From an uncultured delta proteobacterium (GTDB lineage: Bacteria; Desulfobacterota; Binatia; UBA9968), in the NCBI GenBank assembly GCA_963771465.1, contig CAVYTU010000015.1, forward strand, positions 32,001 through 96,000: a DNA stretch of 64,000 nucleotides. Reading direction: 5' to 3'. This document shows, piece by piece, positions 29,287 through 37,857 of this stretch. The position numbers and the translations under genes are program-made. Every line of letters starts with the position of its first letter. Within the stretch, counting starts at the first letter, position 1. A model generated the notes under the pieces. That model saw nothing but the letters and a program-made list of their open reading frames with translations, made no database searches and was not told where the DNA came from.

Positions 29287-30978
29287 ATGAGCAAACGGTT
29301 TGATCCCTTCACCGTCGCTCTTACCGGTCAATTATCGATTATCCTGATCGTCTCGACGATTCTCGCATTCGTCGCATCCTATCTATTGCTGCGCCTCTAT
29401 CGACGCGCCGTCATCAAGTCGATGCGGCGGCGCAGTCGCAGCGATATCCTTGAGACCCACGGATTCATCGCGCCCGAACTCGAACACCGACCGCACGACG
29501 GCGCGTTAAACTTTGGCTTCATCACACGCGATTCAAGCTACGGCGACGAGCGTAGCGCGAAACTTTACCGCGACGCCGCACGCAGCATCAGGCTGACGGC
29601 GCTCGTTCACATCATTGCCGGCTCGGTCTTCGCCGCCACCATGACTACGGCGTTTCTTTACGCCGGCAATCTGAAGTTCTTGCCGTTTCGATTCCTATAT
29701 TTTACTTGGGTCAACGCCTGGCCGGTGGTAATCGCGGTCCATCTGGCCATTGGGCTGTCGCGCCGCGGCAGGCTGATCGCCGCAGCCATTTACTTTCTCG
29801 TCGGTATACTCATCGCCAGCATCTCAATGATCAAAAGCCCTGGCTTGACGTTGGGCCAGCTAGTTTATTTGTGGCTCGACCCCAACGTGCCGCCCACGCT
29901 GCTGCTGGTCATTTTTTTGAACCGCCGCATTCGCGCCATCGGCCCCTTAGTTTTGGTGTTTATGCTTTTTGGCGTGGCCGGCGCTAGTCTAGCGGTAACC
30001 TTGACCGGCAATAGTCCGACGCTGCTGAAAGCGCTCGCCGACGCCAGTTCAGCCATCGGCCTCCGTGCAACCAGCGCGGTGTCTCTACTTCATCTACTGG
30101 GCTTCGCCGTTTTCGCCGTTGTCGGCTGGTTGATACTCAGCACGCTGCGCAGGCTTTACATTGCTAAGTCGATCAGCGAGCAGTCGCTGATAATCGATGC
30201 GGTTTGGCTTGTGTTTGGCATCGTCAATTCCATCGGTTTAGTTTTCGAAGGACGCTGGTGGCTACTTAGCGGCCTGGTCGCCTTCGCGCTCTACAAACTC
30301 ACCGCCATCACCGCGTTCCGCGCTGTCGGACTAGCGCGGCGCGCCCAATTGAACGGTCCGCGTTTGCTCTTGCTCCGGGTCTTCGCTCTCGGCAAACGCA
30401 GCGAAGCCCTTTTCGACAGTCTCGGCAAATCATGGCGCACCGTCGGCAGCATGCAGATGATCGCTGGACCGGATTTGACGACGAGCGCCATCGAGCCGCA
30501 CGAGTTTATCGAATTTATCGGCGGCCGATTGGCGCGCCATTTCATCGACACCGGGCGAACCTTAGACCTGCGGATGAGCCAGATGGATTTGGCAGCGGAT
30601 TGTGAAGGTCAGTATCGCGTCAGCGAATTTTTCTGCCACGACGACACCTGGAAAATGACTCTGGCGAGATTGGCGGACGAAAGCGACGCGGTGCTCATGG
30701 ACTTGCGCGGCTTCTCGCCGGCCCATACCGGCTGCGTCTTCGAGGTTCACGAAATTTTTAATGTCGTGCCGTTGCCGCGCGTGGTCTTCGCCATCGATCA
30801 AAGCACCGATCAGACATTTCTGCGTCAAACCATGCAAAACGCCTGGCGCCAACTGAAGGACCGTTCGCCCAATCATCGGCTGGCGGAGGGACAAGTTGCG
30901 CTGGTCGAGCTTTCAGCAATGAGCGCCGCGACGGTTGATAATCTGCTTTACGCGCTCTGCGCGGCAGCGTCCACATGA
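29287..30978 (+). CDS. Polytopic membrane protein (~9 TM) with C-terminal alpha/beta domain, possibly TIR/NDT-like
   Basis: Nine hydrophobic segments, then LLLLRVF...IAGPDL...SDAVLMDLRGFS...GCVFEV..RVVFAID. Confidence 0.75.
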   Translation: MSKRFDPFTVALTGQLSIILIVSTILAFVASYLLLRLYRRAVIKSMRRRSRSDILETHGFIAPELEHRPHDGALNFGFITRDSSYGDERSAKLYRDAARSIRLTALVHIIAGSVFAATMTTAFLYAGNLKFLPFRFLYFTWVNAWPVVIAVHLAIGLSRRGRLIAAAIYFLVGILIASISMIKSPGLTLGQLVYLWLDPNVPPTLLLVIFLNRRIRAIGPLVLVFMLFGVAGASLAVTLTGNSPTLLKALADASSAIGLRATSAVSLLHLLGFAVFAVVGWLILSTLRRLYIAKSISEQSLIIDAVWLVFGIVNSIGLVFEGRWWLLSGLVAFALYKLTAITAFRAVGLARRAQLNGPRLLLLRVFALGKRSEALFDSLGKSWRTVGSMQMIAGPDLTTSAIEPHEFIEFIGGRLARHFIDTGRTLDLRMSQMDLAADCEGQYRVSEFFCHDDTWKMTLARLADESDAVLMDLRGFSPAHTGCVFEVHEIFNVVPLPRVVFAIDQSTDQTFLRQTMQNAWRQLKDRSPNHRLAEGQVALVELSAMSAATVDNLLYALCAAAST

Positions 30979-31043
30979 GAAAGGAATAAATGAGCTGGGA
31001 AACGCGCGCACGCCGCACCCTTCACTCCTAAGTTTTTGATCGG

Positions 31044-31994
31044 CTAGTGCCGGTTATGTCCAAAGGTCTTGTCGTAGTCACGCTGCAATTCTTTGGGAAT
31101 GAAATCGTCTTCAATTTGGATAATTTTGTTGGCCGGCAAAATCGGATCCTGAGTACGCGGTACCATGCCGTACTGGCTTGCCGTCGCCTTCTTGTTCCAT
31201 TCGTCGAGCACCACTGGGCCGCGTTCTTTCAATTCATGCAGCACTTCCCATGTCGATTGCAGACCGTTGGCCGTGGTTAGACTCGGATACAACACCGCGG
31301 CGGCACCAAGCTTTTGGAACTCGGCAAAATCCGGCGATGGCTTTGGGCCGTAATACGGCGCGATCACCGGCGCCGGGATGCGCCGGCACGCTTCGGCGAT
31401 TTGGTCGCGCTCGGTGAGAGTATTCATCCACACCGCGTCGACCCCGGCTTCTTTGACGTAGGCGATGCCGCGCTGTACCGCAGTTTCGAAGTTGCCGCCT
31501 TCCGAGCCGATGGCGTCGCAACGCGCGCACACGACAAAATCTTGATCCAAATCTTTTTTCGCCGCCATGGCCGCACGATATTTGCCGATCGCTTCTTCGA
31601 CGGAAATCAATCGCCGTCCCGCTTGGGTGCCGGACTTCTTCGGCGCCTCTTGATCCTCGATGTGCAGGCCCGCCGCGCCGGCGCGAATATAGGCTTGCAC
31701 CGTGTAGTAAACATTGACCGCGTTACCGTATCCGGTGTCGGCATCAGCAAAGACCGGAATGTCGGTGACATTGGTGATGCGCCGCACGCATTCGACCATT
31801 TCATTCAAACCGAGCAGACCGACATCGGGATAGCCAAAGACATACGCCGCCACTTGCGAGCCGGACATGAAGAAAGCCTCGTAGCCGAGTATCTCCGACA
31901 TGCGCGCATGGAGCGGACTGAAGCCGCCCGACATAACGAGCAACTCGGGCCGTTTCAATTGTTGCAGTAAACGCGTAGTGGGTTTGGATTCCAT
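31044..31994 (-). CDS. Isocitrate lyase/PEP mutase superfamily protein
   Basis: FMSGS, G.PD.G, DADTGYG, HIEDQ..PKKSG, ARCD. Confidence 0.9.
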   Translation of the reverse strand: MESKPTTRLLQQLKRPELLVMSGGFSPLHARMSEILGYEAFFMSGSQVAAYVFGYPDVGLLGLNEMVECVRRITNVTDIPVFADADTGYGNAVNVYYTVQAYIRAGAAGLHIEDQEAPKKSGTQAGRRLISVEEAIGKYRAAMAAKKDLDQDFVVCARCDAIGSEGGNFETAVQRGIAYVKEAGVDAVWMNTLTERDQIAEACRRIPAPVIAPYYGPKPSPDFAEFQKLGAAAVLYPSLTTANGLQSTWEVLHELKERGPVVLDEWNKKATASQYGMVPRTQDPILPANKIIQIEDDFIPKELQRDYDKTFGHNRH

Positions 31995-32040
31995 AATGGC
32001 TTCCCATTATCACATCGCCGTAGCGCTGGGAACGATCACT

Positions 32041-32133
32041 GCGGCCAAAACAGCGAATGCCGAAGAATTCGTCGATAGCAGTTTTCTCGAAGAACTAAAC
32101 ACGTCACGTTACATCGACGGACTGTTTAGATAA
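32041..32133 (+). pseudogene. Orphan C-terminal remnant of an NMT1-type SBP gene
   Basis: AAKTANAEEFVDSSFLEELNTSRYIDGLFR* parallels AAKTAKPEQFVDLRFLDTLEKSGLLKELYP* of 41690-42667. Confidence 0.6.
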
Positions 32134-32149
32134 CGGAAAAATGGGGCTG

Positions 32150-32210
32150 ATGGAGTAATGGAGTGTTGGTTGTGGATGAAGCTCATCACTCCAGTTCTCA
32201 AACACTCCAA
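32150..32210. repeat. Octamer inverted repeat (TGGAGTAA/CACTCCA family)
   Basis: TGGAGTAATGGAGTGTTGG ... CACTCCAGTTCTCAAACACTCCAA; same family at about 24070-24120. Confidence 0.6.
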
Positions 32211-32216
32211 TTGTCC

Positions 32217-33266
32217 TTACTCCGCTCCTAACAATTTTTTCATCCGCGCAATGATATCAGCCGGCTGACTCATGACGTCCTTGACGATTTTTTCCAGCTC
32301 CTCACCTTTGACCGGATCGAGGTCGAAATTCCGCTTGTCTAAGTCAGCCAAGAACTCTTTGTCTTCCATGGTTCTATTAAATGCGTCACGCAATACTTTC
32401 ACCCGATCCGCCGCCATCCCCGGCGCGCCAAGCATCGGCCGACCCAAAGCGCCCGACGCCAGCATGATGCTCGCAAGCCGCCGTCCCGCTTCCGGCGTCT
32501 TGTATTTATCCATCAGTTCCCAAACCGTTGGCGTCTCCGGCAACTTTCGATCGCGCTTCTTGCCGGTCTGAATGATGTTACGAACGAAACCGTTCTTACG
32601 CCAGGTATGATACGGCTCCCGCGATAAGAACGCCTCGATGGTAAATGCCCGGCAATGAATCTCGCCTCTTTCAACCGCCAGATCGATCTCCGGACCGCCC
32701 GGATAGCCTTGCACGAGGTTAAACTTCGTGCCGATCACTTCCTCGAACAGCTTGGGCAGATAATACGCCGAGTCCGATGTCCCTTGTGCTCCACAGCGCG
32801 GCGGCTCCTTGGCGCTTCGCACATCTTCGATGGTCTTGTACGGCGTGTCCGCGCGCATGTACATCTGCGAGTCGCCCTGTACCGGCGAGCCGATCCACAT
32901 AAACTTCGCCCAATCGAATTGCGCTTCCTTGCGCCCGACTAACTGATCGAAATAAAGTGTCGGCACGATCGAACCGATAATCGTTAAACCATCGGGTTTA
33001 GCCTTGTTGTACAGATAATTCGCCGCGATCATATGACCCGCGCCCGGCATGTTTTGCACGATCATTTCCGGACGCCCCGGAATATGTTTCCCCATATGCT
33101 GCGCCAAAACGCGCGACCATTGATCGTATAACGCCCCGGCGGTCGTGCCGGCGACGACGGTAATGGTTTTACCTTTGTAAAAATCCGCTTGGGCGAACGC
33201 TGGCACGGACCAGCCGAGGATGGCGATCGCTAACGTTGCGGCGAAACATTTTACGTCCAGTCTCAT
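32217..33266 (-). CDS. TctC/Bug-family substrate-binding protein
   Basis: FYKGKTITVV, IPGRP..VQNMPGAG, AKPDG, GYPGG.EIDLA.ERGE. Confidence 0.9.
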   Translation of the reverse strand: MRLDVKCFAATLAIAILGWSVPAFAQADFYKGKTITVVAGTTAGALYDQWSRVLAQHMGKHIPGRPEMIVQNMPGAGHMIAANYLYNKAKPDGLTIIGSIVPTLYFDQLVGRKEAQFDWAKFMWIGSPVQGDSQMYMRADTPYKTIEDVRSAKEPPRCGAQGTSDSAYYLPKLFEEVIGTKFNLVQGYPGGPEIDLAVERGEIHCRAFTIEAFLSREPYHTWRKNGFVRNIIQTGKKRDRKLPETPTVWELMDKYKTPEAGRRLASIMLASGALGRPMLGAPGMAADRVKVLRDAFNRTMEDKEFLADLDKRNFDLDPVKGEELEKIVKDVMSQPADIIARMKKLLGAE

Positions 33267-33433
33267 GCAAACCTCCTAAGAGTAACCCAATGGAAGCGTA
33301 GCGTAACACGACATTGAGGACAATCAACGCAGAACGATCGCTTGAAAACAACGCGATAAACGGCGAGCCGATCCCAATCTTGCTGATGCGAAGTGAAAAA
33401 TTCACCTCCCGCAAATTGAAAACAAGGAATCAT

Positions 33434-33868
33434 CTATCGGCTCAACACGCTGTCGATCGACAATGGGCCGGCGCCGCCAACCATGACCGCCAACGCCATG
33501 AGGAATAGCGCGAGCGTGTACTCGATGCCGCTGCCCTTGCCGGGTGCCGACGCGAGAAAGAAACCGTGGCTCCAATGACTCAAGACCATCGCAAAGCCGA
33601 TGAAAACGGCCAAGCAAAACGCCACCGGCCTGACGAAAAAACCCAGTGTCATCGACACCACCGTCGAAAGCTCGATCACCAGAGCGAAGACACCCATCGG
33701 CACCGGGATGTGATACTTATCGCGCCAGTTGGTCACCTGCGCCTTGGGTCCTTTGCCACCATGCCAGCCAAATGCGTGCTGCGTGCCATGCATGAAAAAC
33801 GTCACCGCCAAACCGAACCGCAAAATGACAAACGCGAATGAATCATAGGTGTGAAATATCCAGTCCAC
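33434..33868 (-). CDS. DoxX family membrane protein
   Basis: LR..LA..F..HG.Q, IE, H...GFF, GIEY, GAG.LSID. Confidence 0.9.
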   Translation of the reverse strand: MDWIFHTYDSFAFVILRFGLAVTFFMHGTQHAFGWHGGKGPKAQVTNWRDKYHIPVPMGVFALVIELSTVVSMTLGFFVRPVAFCLAVFIGFAMVLSHWSHGFFLASAPGKGSGIEYTLALFLMALAVMVGGAGPLSIDSVLSR

Positions 33869-34024
33869 TGTTCCTCTCCCTTTCTAGGAATCGACGAGCA
33901 ATATCTTAGCGAGCCGCTCGACCATAGCAGAAGCTGTGAAAAGATTGCAAAACATCTTTGAAACAGCATAAACCTTGATGGGAGCTTGACGAGCCGATCG
34001 TGGATTAACCAAGGAGCTCATGCC

Positions 34025-35092
34025 ATGCAAATCATCGACGCCGACGGACACATCAACGACCACGCTTGCGGTGACGAGATCGCCGAATACATGCCCAAGG
34101 GCAATCAGATGGCGAAACTGTTTCCTGAGTTCGATCATTTGCACTTTCGCTATTTGAAGCAGAACCGCCGCGCCACCGGCAATCCGTCGGCGCAGGATTG
34201 GAATGCATTCTTAGACAAGACCGAAATTAGCTGGACCGTGCTCTATCCCACCGCCGGTCTCGCGATTGGCAGAATCATGGCGCCGGATTGGGCGATCATC
34301 GCTTGCAGAGCTTACAACACTTGGCTGTACGAAAAGTTTCTCAGCAAGAACTCGCGGCTCAAAGGTGTGGCGCTGATTCCGTTCCAAGACGTCGATGCGG
34401 CAATTGTCGAACTGCGCCGCGCGGTCAAAGAGCTCGGCATGCTCGGCGCCATGCTGCCGTCCAACGGCGAAGCGATTCAAGGCCATCTCGGCAATAAACT
34501 ATATTGGCCGCTGTACGAAGAAGCGGAAAAGCTCGGCTGCGCCCTGGCCGTCCACGTAGGCGCGCTCCATCACATGGGTCTCGACGCTTTCACGACGTAT
34601 TATCCGGCGCACGCTCTTGGCCATCCATTCAGTCTGATGATCCAGGCCTCGGCGATGATCGCCCACGGAGTTTTCGATCGCTTTCCCAAGCTGCGCGTCG
34701 CGTTTCTCGAAGGCGGCGCCACCTGGGTGCCGTTCATGATGGACCGGCTCGACCGCTCCTATCACGACGGACACGTGCAGTTAGATGTGAACGGCAATCT
34801 GCTCGGCGGACCGAAGCAGGGTGAAAAAGCCAGCGACTATTTCAAGAAGCAGTTACGCGAAGGGAGAATTTTTGTCGGCTTCGATTGCGACGACGACGGT
34901 TTGAACACCGCCGTGGCCAAAGGCGGCCGCCAATCATTTCTATTCGGCAGCGATTTTCCTCATGAGGTCTTCGACGCCGCCAAGTGCCGCCACGAGATAG
35001 ACGAGTTGTTGGAGCGCAATGACCTGACGCAAGAAGACAAGGAAGCTATCCTTGGCGGCAATGCGCTAAGGTTTTACCGCCCGGCGCTCTAG
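34025..35092 (+). CDS. Amidohydrolase (Amidohydro_2)
   Basis: IIDADGH, VLYPT.GL, AVH, GVFDRFP.LRVAFLEGG..W, FGSDFPH; ATG 34025. Confidence 0.9.
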   Translation: MQIIDADGHINDHACGDEIAEYMPKGNQMAKLFPEFDHLHFRYLKQNRRATGNPSAQDWNAFLDKTEISWTVLYPTAGLAIGRIMAPDWAIIACRAYNTWLYEKFLSKNSRLKGVALIPFQDVDAAIVELRRAVKELGMLGAMLPSNGEAIQGHLGNKLYWPLYEEAEKLGCALAVHVGALHHMGLDAFTTYYPAHALGHPFSLMIQASAMIAHGVFDRFPKLRVAFLEGGATWVPFMMDRLDRSYHDGHVQLDVNGNLLGGPKQGEKASDYFKKQLREGRIFVGFDCDDDGLNTAVAKGGRQSFLFGSDFPHEVFDAAKCRHEIDELLERNDLTQEDKEAILGGNALRFYRPAL

Positions 35093-35132
35093 CATTCGTA
35101 CCCAACGCTTCATTGAGTCGTGCCTTTCTTCT

Positions 35133-35277
35133 TCCCCCTTTTGGAAAAGGGGGACTGAGGGGGATTTGTTGGCGCGGCGGGACGGTGTTCATTGAAACGT
35201 AACGGGTAACTATTGAGACGTTAGCGCTAACTGCACAAAAGAAAATCTCCCCTATCCCCTCTTTTCTAAAGAGGGGG
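35133..35277. repeat. Inverted pair of REP-like palindromes (CCCCCTTT..AAAGGGGG family)
   Basis: TCCCCCTTTTGGAAAAGGGGGACTGAGGGGGATTT and AAATCTCCCCTATCCCCTCTTTTCTAAAGAGGGGG. Confidence 0.8.
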
Positions 35278-35403
35278 CATCAAAAAACTAACGCTTCGCT
35301 CTCGGTCGATCAGTGGTTGGCGTGTTTTCGACATCCAAAGTGTCAAGACACCAACTTTCGGTGGCGACTCAGTTTGCACGGTGAATTTTTTCGACACCAC
35401 TCT

Positions 35404-36561
35404 CTAGCCAAGCAGCGATTTCGCTCCAGCCGCCGTCACCTGGAAACTGTCGCCGTAGAGAACGATCTTCCCTTCGGTCTCGATCGTCACGCGCAGCGCC
35501 AGCGTCATGTTTTCATTCAGCGTCGTCGCACCGACGGACGGCGCGCCTACCTGCGCGGCGTCATCGAGATTCAGAAACGGCGCTTCCCACTGATTGAGAC
35601 CGATACCGTTGGCGAAACCGTAAACCGACGCCGTGGTGTAAAACTCGCCAAGTTCTTTGCGCGCCGTCTCATCAATCGCCGCGACGGCGCCCTTGGGTTT
35701 CAATTGTCGCATCATCGCCGCGACAATTTCTTGCGCCCTATTGTAAGTATTCTTGAGCTTCGCATCGTTGGACAGAAAGTAAGTCCGGCACGCTTCGGCC
35801 CAATAACGTTCATGCTGCACGGCGAAATAAACCGCCCAGTGCGATCCGACGCTCGCCGCTTGCTTGAAGCTCGGCGGATTCAAGCGCCGCTCGCCATAGA
35901 GAATGCGAATATCCTCGGCGCCTTTGTCGCGCGCCAGACGATCGATGTCGGCGACGATTTCATATTCTTTCCGACCCGGCTTGATAAAATCCCTCGCGCC
36001 GTCGCAAACCTCGTTGAGCAAGCGGCCGGCTTCGCCCATGGCGGCAAGTTCCCGCGCGCTCTTGTTGAGCCGCATCGGTTGAAACAACGAGGGCATATTT
36101 TCCCAGCGCACATCCGGCAGGGCATTTTTCATTTCCTCCAACTGCGGCAGCGGAAATCCCTGGCCGGAATCGACCAAGCCGAGCCGAGCTTTTTGGAAAC
36201 CTTTTTCCTTTAACAACTTGGCGCCGTCGGCACCGACCAAGTTCGACGCGCGCACGTCTTCGACCCAGGTGAGCGTTTTAGCGAACGGCACGTCGCGGCT
36301 GCCGATATTGAGCAAGAGCGAGAGCGCGCCGTCGCGCGGCACCACGGCGATGCCGCCGCGAACCTTGGGAAAATAGTTGGTGAGATAACAAAGATCGGCG
36401 AAGGAATAGTTATCGCCGTAGATAACCAGCGCGTCGAGATCGCGCTCGGTCATTTCCTTACGCACCCGCTCGAGCCGCGCCTGGAACTCCGCCTGCGGCA
36501 CTTGCGTTGAGTCCCAAGTCGAACACCCTCTTTTCAATACCGAATGTCGTCCGAAAATCAT
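35404..36561 (-). CDS. M24/creatinase-fold protein, catalytically degenerate
   Basis: Creatinase N domain (EF.ARLERVR..M....LDALVIY, YLT) and KS.RE; active-site positions read NGIGL, LRV and GDS. Confidence 0.8.
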   Translation of the reverse strand: MIFGRHSVLKRGCSTWDSTQVPQAEFQARLERVRKEMTERDLDALVIYGDNYSFADLCYLTNYFPKVRGGIAVVPRDGALSLLLNIGSRDVPFAKTLTWVEDVRASNLVGADGAKLLKEKGFQKARLGLVDSGQGFPLPQLEEMKNALPDVRWENMPSLFQPMRLNKSARELAAMGEAGRLLNEVCDGARDFIKPGRKEYEIVADIDRLARDKGAEDIRILYGERRLNPPSFKQAASVGSHWAVYFAVQHERYWAEACRTYFLSNDAKLKNTYNRAQEIVAAMMRQLKPKGAVAAIDETARKELGEFYTTASVYGFANGIGLNQWEAPFLNLDDAAQVGAPSVGATTLNENMTLALRVTIETEGKIVLYGDSFQVTAAGAKSLLG

Positions 36562-36632
36562 CTCAACCTCAGCTAGTCCGAAGCCGAATCACGACTTGAA
36601 CATTTTGAACGGCTTGAACGATTGGAACGCGT

Positions 36633-37748
36633 TCATTCTTTTACAAAAATATCCCACGACGACTTCATCAACGATTCGGCTTTCGTCTTACCCATCACGA
36701 CGGTATCACCGAGCGTTAAATAACCCGTCTCCGGCAAGTATTGATTGGGATGAATAATGAAAGTCATGCCCTCTTCGAGCTTGGTTTTGTTCTCGTCTTC
36801 CAAACTTCCCGGCGCGAAGGAGCCACAGCCGAGGCCGTGGCCGCGCACACGCATGAACGGCGGGCGGCAATACTGTTCGTAGCCGAACTCGATGAAAGTC
36901 CCGTTAATCGCTTTGGCCACCGCGCTCGCCGGCGCGCCGGTTTGTGCCGCCGCCATACCCAAACCCATCGCTTTGTGCAGGATCGAGTACTTCTCGCGCA
37001 CCAGCGGCGGCGGCTCGCCCAATACAACGGTGCGGCATATCTGCACGAACAGTCCGCCGATACACGGCGTGATCTCGCCGATGATGATATCGCCCGGTTG
37101 GGTGACGCGGTCGGTGGCCGGATGGAGCGCTTGGTTGTGGCCATTGGCGACTACCATGCCAAAATTATCTTCCGCGCCGAGCGAACGCATGCGGTGCTCG
37201 ACGATCGCCGCAAGCTCATACTCTTTCAAACCGGGGCGCGCGTCCTCGTGCAATGCCGTGACACCCGCATCGGCGATGGCCGCAGCGCGCCGCAATCGTT
37301 CCAGCTCGAGCGGGCCTTTGCAGCGCGCCATGGTTTCGATGATGTCCTTGGCGTTGACCGGGGTTTGCTTGAGCGACGTGGCGATCTCGTCGTGTAGGTC
37401 GACGTGCATCGCTTCGCGGCCGATCAAACCAACCTTGCCGGCAATTTGCGGCAAGCGTGAGTGAAATTCTTTGAACGGGCGGACATCGGCAACAAAGGAT
37501 TCCTCGCGCGCGCGGGCGATATCCCAGACCGGCGCGAGATAAAGCACCGGCGCATCTTCCAGCGGCACGACGAGCATGGTCTCTGGACCGACGCTGATAA
37601 AATCGGTCAGATAGGCGACATAGTTCATGCGCAAAAAATTATGCCGCCCCGAATCGTGCACGAGCAGAGTTTGCAATCCTTGATCGCGCATCGCTTGACG
37701 AACTTGAGTTAAACGCTTATCGAATTCCGCTCGTTCATCCATATTCAC
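36633..37748 (-). CDS. M24/creatinase-like hydrolase (Xaa-Pro peptidase fold)
   Basis: K.P.E...LRRAA.IAD.G, PG.KEYEL, GEITP...QICRT, RGHGLG, IHPNQY, GDTVV. Confidence 0.85.
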   Translation of the reverse strand: MNMDERAEFDKRLTQVRQAMRDQGLQTLLVHDSGRHNFLRMNYVAYLTDFISVGPETMLVVPLEDAPVLYLAPVWDIARAREESFVADVRPFKEFHSRLPQIAGKVGLIGREAMHVDLHDEIATSLKQTPVNAKDIIETMARCKGPLELERLRRAAAIADAGVTALHEDARPGLKEYELAAIVEHRMRSLGAEDNFGMVVANGHNQALHPATDRVTQPGDIIIGEITPCIGGLFVQICRTVVLGEPPPLVREKYSILHKAMGLGMAAAQTGAPASAVAKAINGTFIEFGYEQYCRPPFMRVRGHGLGCGSFAPGSLEDENKTKLEEGMTFIIHPNQYLPETGYLTLGDTVVMGKTKAESLMKSSWDIFVKE

Positions 37749-37766
37749 CTCTAAACTTTTTTCAGA

Positions 37767-37857
37767 AAATCTCCCCTAACCCCTCTTTTGCAAAGAGGGG
37801 AACAAGAATTCTCTGGGTAAAATTCCCCCTTTGAAAAAGGGGGATTAAGGGGGATTT
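37767..37857. repeat. REP doublet (same family as 35133-35277)
   Basis: AAATCTCCCCTAACCCCTCTTTTGCAAAGAGGGG ... TCCCCCTTTGAAAAAGGGGGATTAAGGGGGATTT. Confidence 0.8.

Noticed and set aside
35317-36213. Long antisense ORFs (also 7325-8140, 16806-17654, 39599-40435, 41963-42730)
   Set aside because: They lie opposite well-supported genes, have no recognisable motifs, and are expected in GC-rich DNA
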